Source of the DNA: an uncultured Clostridia bacterium
Lineage (GTDB): Bacteria; Bacillota; Clostridia; TANB77; CAG-508
Direction: 5' to 3'
Length of the DNA stretch: 64,000 bases
Assembly (NCBI GenBank): GCA_963558395.1
Contig: CAUWGE010000005.1
Location: 114 to 64,113 of the forward strand
The position numbers and the translations under genes are program-made. Shown here piece after piece: positions 30,492-41,064 of the stretch. Each line of letters starts with the position of its first letter. Within the stretch, counting starts at the first letter, position 1. The notes beneath the pieces were generated by a model that saw only the letters and a program-made list of their open reading frames with translations, did not search any database and was not told the origin of the DNA.

Positions 30492-31241
30492 TTATTTAGA
30501 TTCTATATAATAACCTACTCCTCTTTTGGTAATTAAAATTTTAGGGTTTGCAGTATTTTTTTCTATCTTTTCTCTAATTCTTCTTATTGTAACATCTACT
30601 GTACGAATATCTCCATAATATTCATATCCCCAAACTTTTTCTAATAAGTCTTCTCTTGTAACGACTTGGCTTGGTTTTTGCGCAAGATATCTAAGAACTT
30701 CAAACTCTCTTCTAGTTAAGTCTGTTACCTTTTGGTTTCTAACTTCTACTTCAAATTTATCTAAATCTAAAGTCAAATCCCCTACTACTATTTTATTATC
30801 TCTAAGACCTTGATTATTACTATCAAATTCATTTTGCTCTACTTTTCTTAAATTTGCTTTTACCCTTGCAATAAGTTCTCTTACGCTAAAAGGTTTTGTC
30901 ATATAATCATCTGCACCAATTTCAAGTCCTAGAATTTTATCTATTTCTTCACCTTTTGCAGAAAGCATTATTATTGGTGTTTTAGGCTGAGTTTGTCTAA
31001 CTTTTTTGCAAACTGTAAGTCCATCCATTTTTGGAAGCATTATATCTAATAAAATTAAATCTGGCTTTTGTTCATTAGCAAGTTTGCAAGCCTGCTCTCC
31101 ATCTTCTGCTGTAATGGTATTATATCCTTCTTTTTCCAATTGAAACACTAGCAAATCTGATATTGCTCTTTCATCATCTACTATTAATATTTTCTTTTTT
31201 GAGTCTTCATATGTATTTATATTTGTATCCATATCTTGCAA
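30492..31241 (-). CDS. OmpR/PhoB-family response regulator
   Basis: REC (ILIVDDE..DLILLDIMLPKMDG..SAKG) plus winged-helix (LTRREFEVLRYL..VDVTIRRIREKI). The ORF-track start overlaps a TTGATA-17-TGgTATAAA promoter. I used the TTG at 31241 (AAGGTGGGA SD); the ATG at 31232 is an alternative. Confidence 0.85.
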   Translation of the reverse strand: MQDMDTNINTYEDSKKKILIVDDERAISDLLVFQLEKEGYNTITAEDGEQACKLANEQKPDLILLDIMLPKMDGLTVCKKVRQTQPKTPIIMLSAKGEEIDKILGLEIGADDYMTKPFSVRELIARVKANLRKVEQNEFDSNNQGLRDNKIVVGDLTLDLDKFEVEVRNQKVTDLTRREFEVLRYLAQKPSQVVTREDLLEKVWGYEYYGDIRTVDVTIRRIREKIEKNTANPKILITKRGVGYYIESK

Positions 31242-31449
31242 AAAAGTCCCACCTTTCCTTTTATTATAGTTATATTTATACCACACTAGATAAAATTTAT
31301 CAAGTACTTATATAAAAACCAATAGCTTGGTCTACATTTATTCGTAATAAGTCTAACAAAAATATATAAACATTTATAATAAATTTTTTACATCATAGAA
31401 CAAAAGAGGTATACTTAAAGTTGTTTAAACTTTTAATACCTCTTTTATT

Positions 31450-34400
31450 TTAGAATATTACTTTTATATTAAAAATTCCTTCTGGTTTTAACGGTATATC
31501 TTCTACTTCTTTTCCATCTATTATCATTTTTATATTCTTTTCAATTTCTATTTCTTCGCTTTGGCTTTCCATCTTTTGATATTCTATATTATAAACTGCA
31601 TTTTTCCATTTTATTTGTACTTTTGCATTTTGCCAATCCTTTGGGAAGCATGGCTTAATTTTTAATACTCCTTGTTTTATTTTTATTCCTAAAATATATT
31701 CTATCTGAAGCATATACATCCAACTACTTGAACCTGTATACCAAGTCCAACCGCCTCTTCCTGCCATCTCCTTGTTACTGTATACATCTGCTGCTATAAC
31801 ATATGGTTCTACTTTATATTTTTCTGCCCCTTTTTCGTCTTTACTATGATTTATTGGATTTATCATTTTATAAAATTCAAAAACTTTTTCATTTAGTCCA
31901 AGTTTTGCCATCGCAATTATTGCCCAAATTGCAGCATGTGTGTATTGTCCACCATTTTCTCTCATTCCAGGGAGATAAGATGCTATATATCCTGGTTCAA
32001 ATTCCTCATTATTAAATGGAGGTGTGAGAAGTTTTATTAATCCATTTTCTCTATCTACAAGTAAATTCTCCAAACTTTCCATAGCAATATATTTTTTATC
32101 ATTGTCACCCGCTTCTGAAATAGTCGCCCAGCTTTGTGCTATACTATCAATTTTGCATTCTTTATTATTTATACTGCCTAAAGTTTTTCCTTCATCTGTT
32201 GTAGCTCTTTTATACCATCTACCATCCCAGCCAGCTGTGTTTAAATTTTTCCTCAATTTTTCTGCTGCATTTGTTAGTTTTTCATATTCATCTGCAATCT
32301 CATCTGAGTCTATTCCTTTTACCGTTGCATTTTTGAATTCTGCTTCTAAAGAAATAGCTGTTTCTTTATTTGCAAATCTTGTAACATATTTAGAATACTT
32401 CGCAAATTTAACTAAAATACTATATAAGAAAAATCCAAGCCATATACTCTCTCCTATTTTTTTATCTCCTACTTTATTCATTCCATCATTCCAGTCTCCT
32501 CCTAATATCTTAGGAAACTTTTCAAAATCCAGAGTTTTATTTATTGCTTTCATACAATGTTCATAAATTGTTCCAACTTTTTCACTTGTCTTATAATTGT
32601 CCATATAGTCATGCATTCCTTCTTCCAGCATTTTTCCTTCTAAATAAGGCTCCTTCTTTTCTAAAATTGAATAATCCCCAGTAAATTCAATATAATCCAT
32701 TGTTGCAAATGGAAGCCATAGTAGATCATCCGAATAACTTGCTCTAATTCCCAAATTTCTATCATCATGCCACCAATGAAGTACGTCTCCTTCTAAAAAT
32801 TGATGTCTAGCATGTAATAATATCTGATTTTTTAGAATTTCTTTATCTACATATTTCATTCCCATTGCATCTTGAAGTTGGTCTCTATATCCTATTGCTC
32901 CTCCTGATTGATAAAATCCAGTTTTGGCAAACATTCTTGATGCAATCGTTTGGTATGCAAGCCATCCATTTTGAAATATATTAAATTCTTTTAATGGAGT
33001 TTCAGCTTTCACCACCTCTACTTTGTTTTTCCAGTATTTTTTTACATCTTCAAGGGCATCTTTTTCTTTTCCAATATATTTATTTCCAATCTCAATACAT
33101 TCCATTTCAGTTTTTTCTGCACCTAATATAAGTGTAATCTCTTTGCTTTCTAATGATTCTATTTCTAAATTGATTATAACTTTTCCATCTTCAATTTTAA
33201 TTTTTTCGTTACTAGTAACATAGGCATAATATGATGGATTTATACTGTTCTTTAGAAGAAGCATATTTAGATTTTCTCTAAATACATAATTCACAAAATT
33301 ATTTTTATATTCTCCTAAAATCCAATCCACTTCATATACAATTTGTATTTTTTTATTCTCTAGACTAGTATTTTTTATAGATATTTGATTTATTTTTAAG
33401 CTATCTTTAATTGGTACAAACACTGTATTTTTCTGCTTTAAATTATTACATTCATGTTCATATACTGCATATCCAAATCCATAGGTAATATAATAATTAT
33501 TAGTATCTGCCTTCTCTCCTAGAGATAGTTGCCATGTTTTTTTATTATTTTTATCTTCTACATATATTCTTTCAGATGCCTTATCTAAAAATGAATCATT
33601 TGAAAAGTCTGTGATCCTATTCAATCTGCAATTTTTATACCATGTATATCCACCTAAGCCTTCTGTAACTAGGCTTCCAAATTTTTCATTTGCCAATATA
33701 TTACTCCATACAGTAGGAGTCCTTTTTTTATAATTTACCATAAATTTATATTCTGAGCCTTCATTTGTAAATCCTCCATAACCATTATAGAATAAAAGAT
33801 TTTCTTTCTTTAGCCTATTTTCTTCTTCAAATCCTTCTTGTTCTTTTAAAACATTTCTTTCTTTTTTCGGAACTGCCTTCTTTTTTTCCTTTTCTTTCAT
33901 TTTTTCTTTTACTTGAATAATTAATGAACCATATTTAGCATCCAGTATAAAATTAGCTCTTTCTTCTAAAAATCTTTTCTCTTCTCTTGGAATATTTATT
34001 AAAACTTTAAAATCTGCTGCTTCTAGTTCTTTTTCTGCTAAAATAATTATATCTATATCTATGTTTTTTGTTTTAAAATATTCATTTGCTTTTCTTACTT
34101 CATCTATAAGGTAGGTATCCCCTTTATCTTTTACTTTTACAAGCAAAATTGGCTTATCTCCTGATATTCCATATTTCCATATTCTTTCATTAGAAAGGTC
34201 TAACTCAAAATTATTAGGTTTGTTTTCTTTTTTAGGATATAATAAATTTTCTAATATATACTGATATGCAAGTATATTCTCTCCTTTTAGCCTTAAAAAT
34301 CTAATCTCTGCTTCTGCATTAGCTCTAGCTAAATCAAATATTCCATTTAATCTTTCAGACTTTACATACTCACTTAAATTACTTTCTGCTTCTTTTTTAC

Positions 34401-37400
34401 TATCTCCGCAAGCAGTTACTAAATAGACTTTCCTATTTTGTTCTGGCATAATATTAATAACTCTACGCATAGCTACTATTGGATTTATTGTATATGCTAA
34501 ACTTTTACCAAGCGGCGTTGAATTTAGTACACTATCTGGAATTCCAAAATTCCCTCTAGACATAAAATTTTCTTTATCTATTTCAAATTCTAAATCTGAA
34601 CTTTCTCCAACTAAACTTGTCGCAACAAAAATTTTCTTTTTATTAGTATTCCTTAACCTTCTTGTAAAAACTATTCCTCCATCTATTTTGTCAAATTCTA
34701 AAAACATTTTATTAAATGCTGGATGATAATAATATTCTTTAATCTTACTAAGCAGTACATCCATATAACTTGTTATTTCTAAAGTGACTTCCTCATTTCC
34801 TATGTTTTTAATTTCAAGTTCTCTTATTTCAATTGGTAAATTTGGAACAATAGTAACTTTTATAGAAATTATAAGTTTTCCATCTTGAAATATATATTTA
34901 CTTTCTGCCGGCGTAAATATACAATTTTTAGCGATTTCTAAGGTATCATATATCTCTTTTGACTTTACATTTTTTATATAAAAACGCATGTTGTCTGATA
35001 TATCTTCATTTTCATATCTACTTATCGATTTTCCATCATCTTTACTTATTATTGTATATTTTTCATTTGCTAAAAAATTTATTCCTTCTCTTTTTTGGAC
35101 ATAATCTTCATAATCATTATATTTTATTTTGTCCACCTTCTTTCTTCCCTTTTTGGTTACTATCATATTATCTGGCATTCTTTCTTCTAGTAAAATATTT
35201 ACACCTTGTATTTCTGGATTTTTTGTAAATCTCTTAATAAATATATTATCATTAAGTAGATTATCTATTGATGCCAATATTAGTCCTTGATGATGTGCCA
35301 TAAATGTTTTTACTATTTCTTTTTGTGGTTTATAATCTATTGATTCAAAAAAACCATATTTACCACATCCCCCTATTTTTTCTATCTTTTCTAGATTTGA
35401 TATTGCACTATTTGGATAATACATCATTGACATAGCTGAGGAATATGGACTTATTACTGCTGTTTCTTCTAATCCCCTTTTAAGCCCTAGCCATGGAATT
35501 CCAAATGTTTTATATTGATAATTTCCTTTTAAGTCTTTTGTATTATATGCTGCTTCTGAAATACCCCATGGAATTCCTAAGCCTTTGGCATATCTTTGCT
35601 GACAGATTATTGAAAATCTATTTGATTCATCTAAAAGCGTAGTAGGATATGATGGAATGTTTATACTTGGCATTAAATATTCAAATGCAGTTCCTCCCCA
35701 AGAAATTAGTCCTTTATACTCACCTACTTTTGTAAGACTTCTACTAAGATTATTCCAGTGCTTACTTGGCACATCTCTTTTTGCAATTGCAACAATGCTA
35801 GTTTGCCTTGCCTCTGTTGCTAAAAGGTCATAATATGAATCTGTTAATTTATTTTCTTCTATACTATATCCTATTGAAAATAGTCCAATTTTACTATTAT
35901 ATAATTTAGAAAAATCAGTATTCCTTATTAGTTTATCTACCCTATTGATTAATACTTCATTTGCTTTTTTCTCTATTAAAAATTGTTTTAAAGTATATAA
36001 ATATCCTGCAAAATTTCCACTGTCCACAGAAGATATATATAACGGTTTTATTGGCTTTAATGAAACAATGTTATACCAATTATATAAATGTCCATTCCAC
36101 TTTTCTAGCCCTTCTATTGCATCAATTGTTTTTTCTATTCGAGAAAAACTATCTTCTAGTGTCTCTAAACTCATATCATATGAAGACATTATAGCTAATA
36201 AATATAATCCTATATTTGTAGGAGATGTTATTTCAGCCTTTTTCTTTCTTCTATCTTCCTGATAATTGTCAGGGGGCAACCCATTTATCTCGTTTTCTTT
36301 AAAATAATTCCATGTTCTTTTTGCATTTTCTTTTAAAAACGTTGTTTCGTCAGTCGAAAGTTCTATTTCCTCTCCAACTTTGTAGCTAAGCTTCCATAAA
36401 ATTAAAGGTGCTACTAAAAAGCCTATTCCTAATATAGTAAGAATTAAATTATTACTTATCAAAAATATTAATCCTAAAATTACATTAAATATCATTTCTT
36501 TATAATAGCTCTTTAGGTCTTTTTTACTAGATTTTTCTGCATCTTCTGCCGTTGTCCATTCAAGTAAGAAATTGTGTGAAACTTTCATTCTATAAACGCT
36601 TTTGCAAATAGATGTAAGCTCTGCTATTGCCATATCTGGAACGGTTAAAAAATGTATAAATGCTCTTTTTATACTTGCGAAAAGTCTATTATCTCTTTTT
36701 ATAATAAGCCTCTGATTTTCAGCTTTTGATATCCAAATTTCCATAAAGTCAAAAATTACTTGTAAAAATATTGCTAATATCACAATAGAAATTGCCAAAT
36801 TAAAATGTGTGTTTACAAAAATAAATGATAAAATTATTAGAAAAAGTAACCATATGTTGTTAGAATCTCTTGCTATATTATCCATTATCTTATATTTTGA
36901 AAGAGGATTTAATGTAGAATTTAGCCAAGGAATAATTTGAACGTCTCCTCTAATCCATCTTTTTCTTCTTAATTTGCTTGCTAAATAATTAGATGGATAA
37001 TCATCTATTAACAATATATCTGTTGCAAGTCCACATCTTAAGTAACTTCCTTCTAATAAATCGTGGCTTAATACTGTATTTTCTGGTATGCTGTCTTTCA
37101 ATAGCTCATGAAATACTTTTACATTGTAAATTCCCTTTCCAGTATAAATTCCTTCGTCAAAATTATCTTGGTAAACATCTGAAATAGCATTTGTATATAA
37201 ATCTACTCCTCCTGAACCTGCAAATAGCCTTGTAAATCCAGTTTTTCTTTCAGCCATAATACTTATTCCTATTCTAGGCTGTATTAGTGCATGTCCTTTA
37301 CATACTGTATTTGTTATTTTATTTATTTCGGGTTCATTTAAGATATGGTCCATTGCTGCCACTAGTTTAGCCACTGTGTTTAATTCTAGCCTTGTATCAC

Positions 37401-39129
37401 TATCTAATGTTATAACATATTTTATTTGTGGTAGATTTTCACAAGTATTTACTAAAAATGAATTTTTTCCTGTAATTAAAAACTCATTTAATTCATTTAA
37501 AATTCCTCTTTTCCTTTCCCATCCCATATAGCATCTTTCACTATTTGACCAGATTCTATTTCTATAAATAAAGTTAAATACTTGCCCATATTTATCATTT
37601 AATCTCTTTATTCCTTCTTTTCCAGCTTGTATTATTTCCTTGTCGGTTTCTAATTTTTCACACTCTTCACTTGTACAATCACCTAATAATGTAAAATACA
37701 GATTTGACGCTTTATTTGCTAAGTAATATACTTCTAATTTATTGATTAAAGATTCTACTGTTTCCTTATCTTTTAATATTGCTGTTATTGTGCACATTGT
37801 TCTACTTTCATCCGGTATTTTTGTATCTTCATAATCTAATTTAGGCAATATCTTTGGCTTTACAATTTTGCTTAAAATATATTGAAAAATTTTTGTTATT
37901 ATATTTTGAATTGGTATGAAACTTATTAAACCTATCCAAACAGATTTTATTGAAAGAATAAGCGAAAAAAATATTGTTAAAGCATATATGCTAAAAATAT
38001 ATAATTTGGCCTTTGTTTTTTCACTTATTGGTTTTATTTTTTTATTTTTCAGCTTACTTAAGAGTTTATATTTTCCATCGGAAATAATATAATAACCTAC
38101 ATGTTTTTCCTTCTTTGTTTTTCCTTCTCTTGCTAAGTTTAAAATTTCTTTAACAATATATATTTCAGAAGCTTTTAATTTTTTAGATAATTCTAGAATT
38201 TCTTTTCTATATATTCCTTTTGTTTTATAATCCATTTTCACGTATATTTCATCTTGTTTTAAAAGTTTTTCTACTTTGTTTACATTTTCAAATACATCTT
38301 GCATATCCATTCTTTGAACAGTTTTTATACTTGTTATACAATTTTGCATAGATAATTTTTTTATAGCTATATTAAAATGTTCTTTGTTTATAACATCTGT
38401 AAGTTGCATTCCACCTTTTTCTACTTGCTCTTCCAAAATTCTTAGGTAATCGTCCGTTTTTTTGCCATATGTTCTAAGCCTATATGCCATATATTCAACA
38501 TATGGATACAAATCTATATCTAATTTAAGTTTTTTAATATTTTTCTTTTCGATTATTCTTTCTAATATATTTTCTACTTTATATCTTTGCATTTGGGAAG
38601 AAAATATTTTTTCTGTAATACCTCTTATTTTTTCGATTAATGCTATATTTAAAAATGTACCAATATTCCAAATTTCCTCCATTTCTAAAGTTCTTTGTGT
38701 TTGATATGCTTCTATATATTCTATTAAATCACCTTCAGTAATTCTTCCATCAGTATTAATTACAATTTCATTTGCCAAAACTAATACTCTCGCAAAGCCA
38801 CAAAAATTACCATTTGCAATTTTAGGAAACCTCTTATATCTTTTCTTAGTTAGAGTTTTTTGTATTCCCTCAACCTCATTTTCTATTAAGTAATAATTAT
38901 CTAATAACCATTCACCTGCTGGATGAATTGGTATATTTAATTTTATATGTTCATTTAATAAAGTATATACAAGTGATATATACTTAAAATTATCCATTAA
39001 TCTAGGTATAGGATATGTCTCGGAATTTGTTCCTTCTTTTATTACATTATCTGCTGCAAATTTAGTTAAATAATTTTTGAACTGTTCTTTATCTAAAACT
39101 GTTTCTTTTGTTTTTAGCAATTGATACAT
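31450..39129 (-). CDS. Cyclic beta-1,2-glucan synthase-like giant multidomain enzyme (GT84-type glycosyltransferase + glucan-binding/cyclisation region + GH94 phosphorylase-like domain)
   Basis: GT region: ITLDSDTRL, ALIQPRIG, LSHDLLEG, RWIRGDVQI, with flanking TM helices. Middle region: TSPTNIGLYLL, PWGISEAAYN. C-terminal GH94-type motifs: GYRDQLQD, LHWWH, GGDWNDGMN, ENGGQYTHAA, GGWTWYTGSSSWMY. Start trimmed to MYQLLKTKE (GGAG SD), giving 2559 aa. Confidence 0.8.
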   Translation of the reverse strand: MYQLLKTKETVLDKEQFKNYLTKFAADNVIKEGTNSETYPIPRLMDNFKYISLVYTLLNEHIKLNIPIHPAGEWLLDNYYLIENEVEGIQKTLTKKRYKRFPKIANGNFCGFARVLVLANEIVINTDGRITEGDLIEYIEAYQTQRTLEMEEIWNIGTFLNIALIEKIRGITEKIFSSQMQRYKVENILERIIEKKNIKKLKLDIDLYPYVEYMAYRLRTYGKKTDDYLRILEEQVEKGGMQLTDVINKEHFNIAIKKLSMQNCITSIKTVQRMDMQDVFENVNKVEKLLKQDEIYVKMDYKTKGIYRKEILELSKKLKASEIYIVKEILNLAREGKTKKEKHVGYYIISDGKYKLLSKLKNKKIKPISEKTKAKLYIFSIYALTIFFSLILSIKSVWIGLISFIPIQNIITKIFQYILSKIVKPKILPKLDYEDTKIPDESRTMCTITAILKDKETVESLINKLEVYYLANKASNLYFTLLGDCTSEECEKLETDKEIIQAGKEGIKRLNDKYGQVFNFIYRNRIWSNSERCYMGWERKRGILNELNEFLITGKNSFLVNTCENLPQIKYVITLDSDTRLELNTVAKLVAAMDHILNEPEINKITNTVCKGHALIQPRIGISIMAERKTGFTRLFAGSGGVDLYTNAISDVYQDNFDEGIYTGKGIYNVKVFHELLKDSIPENTVLSHDLLEGSYLRCGLATDILLIDDYPSNYLASKLRRKRWIRGDVQIIPWLNSTLNPLSKYKIMDNIARDSNNIWLLFLIILSFIFVNTHFNLAISIVILAIFLQVIFDFMEIWISKAENQRLIIKRDNRLFASIKRAFIHFLTVPDMAIAELTSICKSVYRMKVSHNFLLEWTTAEDAEKSSKKDLKSYYKEMIFNVILGLIFLISNNLILTILGIGFLVAPLILWKLSYKVGEEIELSTDETTFLKENAKRTWNYFKENEINGLPPDNYQEDRRKKKAEITSPTNIGLYLLAIMSSYDMSLETLEDSFSRIEKTIDAIEGLEKWNGHLYNWYNIVSLKPIKPLYISSVDSGNFAGYLYTLKQFLIEKKANEVLINRVDKLIRNTDFSKLYNSKIGLFSIGYSIEENKLTDSYYDLLATEARQTSIVAIAKRDVPSKHWNNLSRSLTKVGEYKGLISWGGTAFEYLMPSINIPSYPTTLLDESNRFSIICQQRYAKGLGIPWGISEAAYNTKDLKGNYQYKTFGIPWLGLKRGLEETAVISPYSSAMSMMYYPNSAISNLEKIEKIGGCGKYGFFESIDYKPQKEIVKTFMAHHQGLILASIDNLLNDNIFIKRFTKNPEIQGVNILLEERMPDNMIVTKKGRKKVDKIKYNDYEDYVQKREGINFLANEKYTIISKDDGKSISRYENEDISDNMRFYIKNVKSKEIYDTLEIAKNCIFTPAESKYIFQDGKLIISIKVTIVPNLPIEIRELEIKNIGNEEVTLEITSYMDVLLSKIKEYYYHPAFNKMFLEFDKIDGGIVFTRRLRNTNKKKIFVATSLVGESSDLEFEIDKENFMSRGNFGIPDSVLNSTPLGKSLAYTINPIVAMRRVINIMPEQNRKVYLVTACGDSKKEAESNLSEYVKSERLNGIFDLARANAEAEIRFLRLKGENILAYQYILENLLYPKKENKPNNFELDLSNERIWKYGISGDKPILLVKVKDKGDTYLIDEVRKANEYFKTKNIDIDIIILAEKELEAADFKVLINIPREEKRFLEERANFILDAKYGSLIIQVKEKMKEKEKKKAVPKKERNVLKEQEGFEEENRLKKENLLFYNGYGGFTNEGSEYKFMVNYKKRTPTVWSNILANEKFGSLVTEGLGGYTWYKNCRLNRITDFSNDSFLDKASERIYVEDKNNKKTWQLSLGEKADTNNYYITYGFGYAVYEHECNNLKQKNTVFVPIKDSLKINQISIKNTSLENKKIQIVYEVDWILGEYKNNFVNYVFRENLNMLLLKNSINPSYYAYVTSNEKIKIEDGKVIINLEIESLESKEITLILGAEKTEMECIEIGNKYIGKEKDALEDVKKYWKNKVEVVKAETPLKEFNIFQNGWLAYQTIASRMFAKTGFYQSGGAIGYRDQLQDAMGMKYVDKEILKNQILLHARHQFLEGDVLHWWHDDRNLGIRASYSDDLLWLPFATMDYIEFTGDYSILEKKEPYLEGKMLEEGMHDYMDNYKTSEKVGTIYEHCMKAINKTLDFEKFPKILGGDWNDGMNKVGDKKIGESIWLGFFLYSILVKFAKYSKYVTRFANKETAISLEAEFKNATVKGIDSDEIADEYEKLTNAAEKLRKNLNTAGWDGRWYKRATTDEGKTLGSINNKECKIDSIAQSWATISEAGDNDKKYIAMESLENLLVDRENGLIKLLTPPFNNEEFEPGYIASYLPGMRENGGQYTHAAIWAIIAMAKLGLNEKVFEFYKMINPINHSKDEKGAEKYKVEPYVIAADVYSNKEMAGRGGWTWYTGSSSWMYMLQIEYILGIKIKQGVLKIKPCFPKDWQNAKVQIKWKNAVYNIEYQKMESQSEEIEIEKNIKMIIDGKEVEDIPLKPEGIFNIKVIF

Positions 39130-39318
39130 AATCTTACACTCCTCGTAACAATTTTTACAGTTATTTTTCCCAACCTTTGAAAATTTATGCATTTTAAATT
39201 TTTATTCATATATTTAAATTTTTTTCATATATATATATGTTAGAAATATCCATATTGACGAATTTTGTCATATATGGTAATATTATTGTATAAAATTTCA
39301 AGAAAGGGGAGATTTATT

Positions 39319-39744
39319 ATGTATTCATCAAGTTACTATAAATCATCTGCAAGCAGTTTAAATAGTTTAGCAAATGCTGGAGTTTGGGTAATTATATCTT
39401 TAGTTTTAGCAGTTGTTGGAGGAATTTTAATTTACTTCTTATTCTTAAACAAGAAGAATGAAGGAAAATTCCAAGGTTTTGTTGCTTGGTTATATGATTT
39501 CTTATCATTTAAGAAAATGTTTTTAGAAACTTTACTAAAAGTTACATATTTAGTAGTAGCTTTGTTTATTACATTAAGTTCTTTTGCTCTAATAGGATCA
39601 AGTTTCTTAGGATTCCTTTCTACTTTAATAGTAGGAAATGTTATAGCAAGAGTTTCTTATGAATTTGCTCTAATACTACTTGTTATTTGCAGAAATACAA
39701 GTGATATCAGAAAAAGTTTACAAGGAAAAGAAAATAATAAATAA
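39319..39744 (+). CDS. DUF4282-like small membrane protein (141 aa)
   Basis: GGGGAG SD, own TTGACG-17-TAATAT promoter (about 39254..39282). The pattern WLYDFLSFKKMFLETLLKVTYLV is reminiscent of DUF4282. Second plus-strand gene. Confidence 0.55.
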   Translation: MYSSSYYKSSASSLNSLANAGVWVIISLVLAVVGGILIYFLFLNKKNEGKFQGFVAWLYDFLSFKKMFLETLLKVTYLVVALFITLSSFALIGSSFLGFLSTLIVGNVIARVSYEFALILLVICRNTSDIRKSLQGKENNK

Positions 39745-39748
39745 TGCC

Positions 39749-39788
39749 AAAAAACAGATAAGCAAAATATTTTGCTTATCTGTTTTTT
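39749..39788. terminator. Bidirectional intrinsic terminator (perfect 40-nt palindrome) between convergent genes
   Basis: AAAAAACAGATAAGCAAAAT|ATTTTGCTTATCTGTTTTTT: A-run and T-run flank a GC-containing stem. Confidence 0.8.
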
Positions 39789-39806
39789 TGTTATTTTAAG
39801 TTTTTA

Positions 39807-40337
39807 TTAGTCTTCTGGCTCTAAAATTCCAAAATTCTTTCCATCTTTTAATTTATAAATAACATTAACTTTTTCAGTTTCTACATTTATAAATGGTAAG
39901 AATTTATTTTTTGCATCTTCTTCTAAAATTAATTTAGCATCTTCTGGTGTAAGAGGTTTTATACTATAATAAATTGTTTTAATTATTTCTCCTTCTATTC
40001 CACCTTCTTCATTTTTTACTTGATTATTCATTCTTATTGTTTCAACCATATTTTGCTTGTCTTTTTTAGTTTTGCTTTTTCTTATTTGTCCTTCTAAAAT
40101 TTCAATATCCTTATCAATAGAAGCATATAAGTCTTTACTTGCAGCTTCTGCTTTAAAAGTTTCTCCTGCAATATTTACTCTAACCTCTGCAACTTGATTA
40201 TTTCCTTCTATTTTTAATGTTGCGAAAGCATCAAAATCGCTTCCAAAATACTTTTCTAACTTTCCAATCTTTTCTTCAATATAAGCTTTTATTGAATCTG
40301 TTAATTCAAAGTCTTTTCCTGTTATATTTAAATTCAT
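39807..40337 (-). CDS. hpf: Ribosome hibernation promoting factor, long form
   Basis: 176 aa; MNLNITGKDFELTDSIKAYIEEKIGKLEKYF (S30AE/RaiA N-domain) plus the C-terminal dimerisation domain. Confidence 0.9.
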   Translation of the reverse strand: MNLNITGKDFELTDSIKAYIEEKIGKLEKYFGSDFDAFATLKIEGNNQVAEVRVNIAGETFKAEAASKDLYASIDKDIEILEGQIRKSKTKKDKQNMVETIRMNNQVKNEEGGIEGEIIKTIYYSIKPLTPEDAKLILEEDAKNKFLPFINVETEKVNVIYKLKDGKNFGILEPED

Positions 40338-40492
40338 AATAATTCTCCTTTCGTATGCTTATCTAGCTACATTATATATTGAAATGTGAATTTTTTCAAT
40401 AGTAGCAAGAAAAATATTTGTAAAAGAATGTAATTATTTTTTTGATTTTTCTAAAACAAAAAAATACAGCCACTAATTGACTGCACTTTTTA

Positions 40493-40888
40493 TTAATCTT
40501 CTTTTTTAGCTTCTTTCTTTGTTGTTGTCTTTTTTGTAGCTGCTTTTTTTGGAGCCTCTGCTTTTTCTTCTGCTACTTCTACTTTAGCTTCAACCTTTTT
40601 TTCAGCTTTTTTTGTTTCCTTCTTAGCTTCAGGTTTTACAGCTAATTTTGTTTCTAATCTAGATTTTTTTCTAGAAGCTGCATTCTTAGAAATAACTCCT
40701 TTTGAACAAGCACTATCTATTTTACTTTTAGCTTTTGATAATAATTCAACTGCTACTGCATCTCCGTTGCTATTTGCAGTCTCATATTTTCTTATAGCTG
40801 TTTTACATTCAGATTTTATCATATTATTTCTTTTTGTCTTTTTTTCTGCAACTTTAACTCTTTTTATAGCTGATTTTATATTTGGCAT
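40493..40888 (-). CDS. rpsT: 30S ribosomal protein S20 with ~45-aa Lys/Ala/Glu-rich C-terminal extension
   Basis: MPNIKSAIKRVKVAEKKTKRN... is a canonical S20 start. GGGAGGTG SD. The tail reads ..VKPEAKKETKKAEKKVEAKVEVAEEKAEAPKKAATKKTTTKKEAKKED. Confidence 0.9.
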   Translation of the reverse strand: MPNIKSAIKRVKVAEKKTKRNNMIKSECKTAIRKYETANSNGDAVAVELLSKAKSKIDSACSKGVISKNAASRKKSRLETKLAVKPEAKKETKKAEKKVEAKVEVAEEKAEAPKKAATKKTTTKKEAKKED

Positions 40889-41064
40889 CTTTTGCACCTC
40901 CCTTTAGCATATTATACTATAACATAGGTAATTATACCATGATTTTTAGTATAGTGCAAGTACTTTTTGCAAAAAACTACTCAAAAACTAAAAGAAGGTA
41001 CCAATTATGTAATTAGCACCCTCTTCTATATTTTTTTAATTCACAAAGTTAAGTTTAACTAAAA

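Noticed and set aside
31242-31286. ORF-track N-terminal extensions (also 39130..39192, 51913..51975, 26299..26385, 22509..22520, 19153..19185)
   Set aside because: The extensions lack an SD, often begin at TTG/GTG, and overlap predicted -35/-10 boxes of the same gene. Internal ATG/TTG starts preceded by GGAGG-like sequences are preferred.
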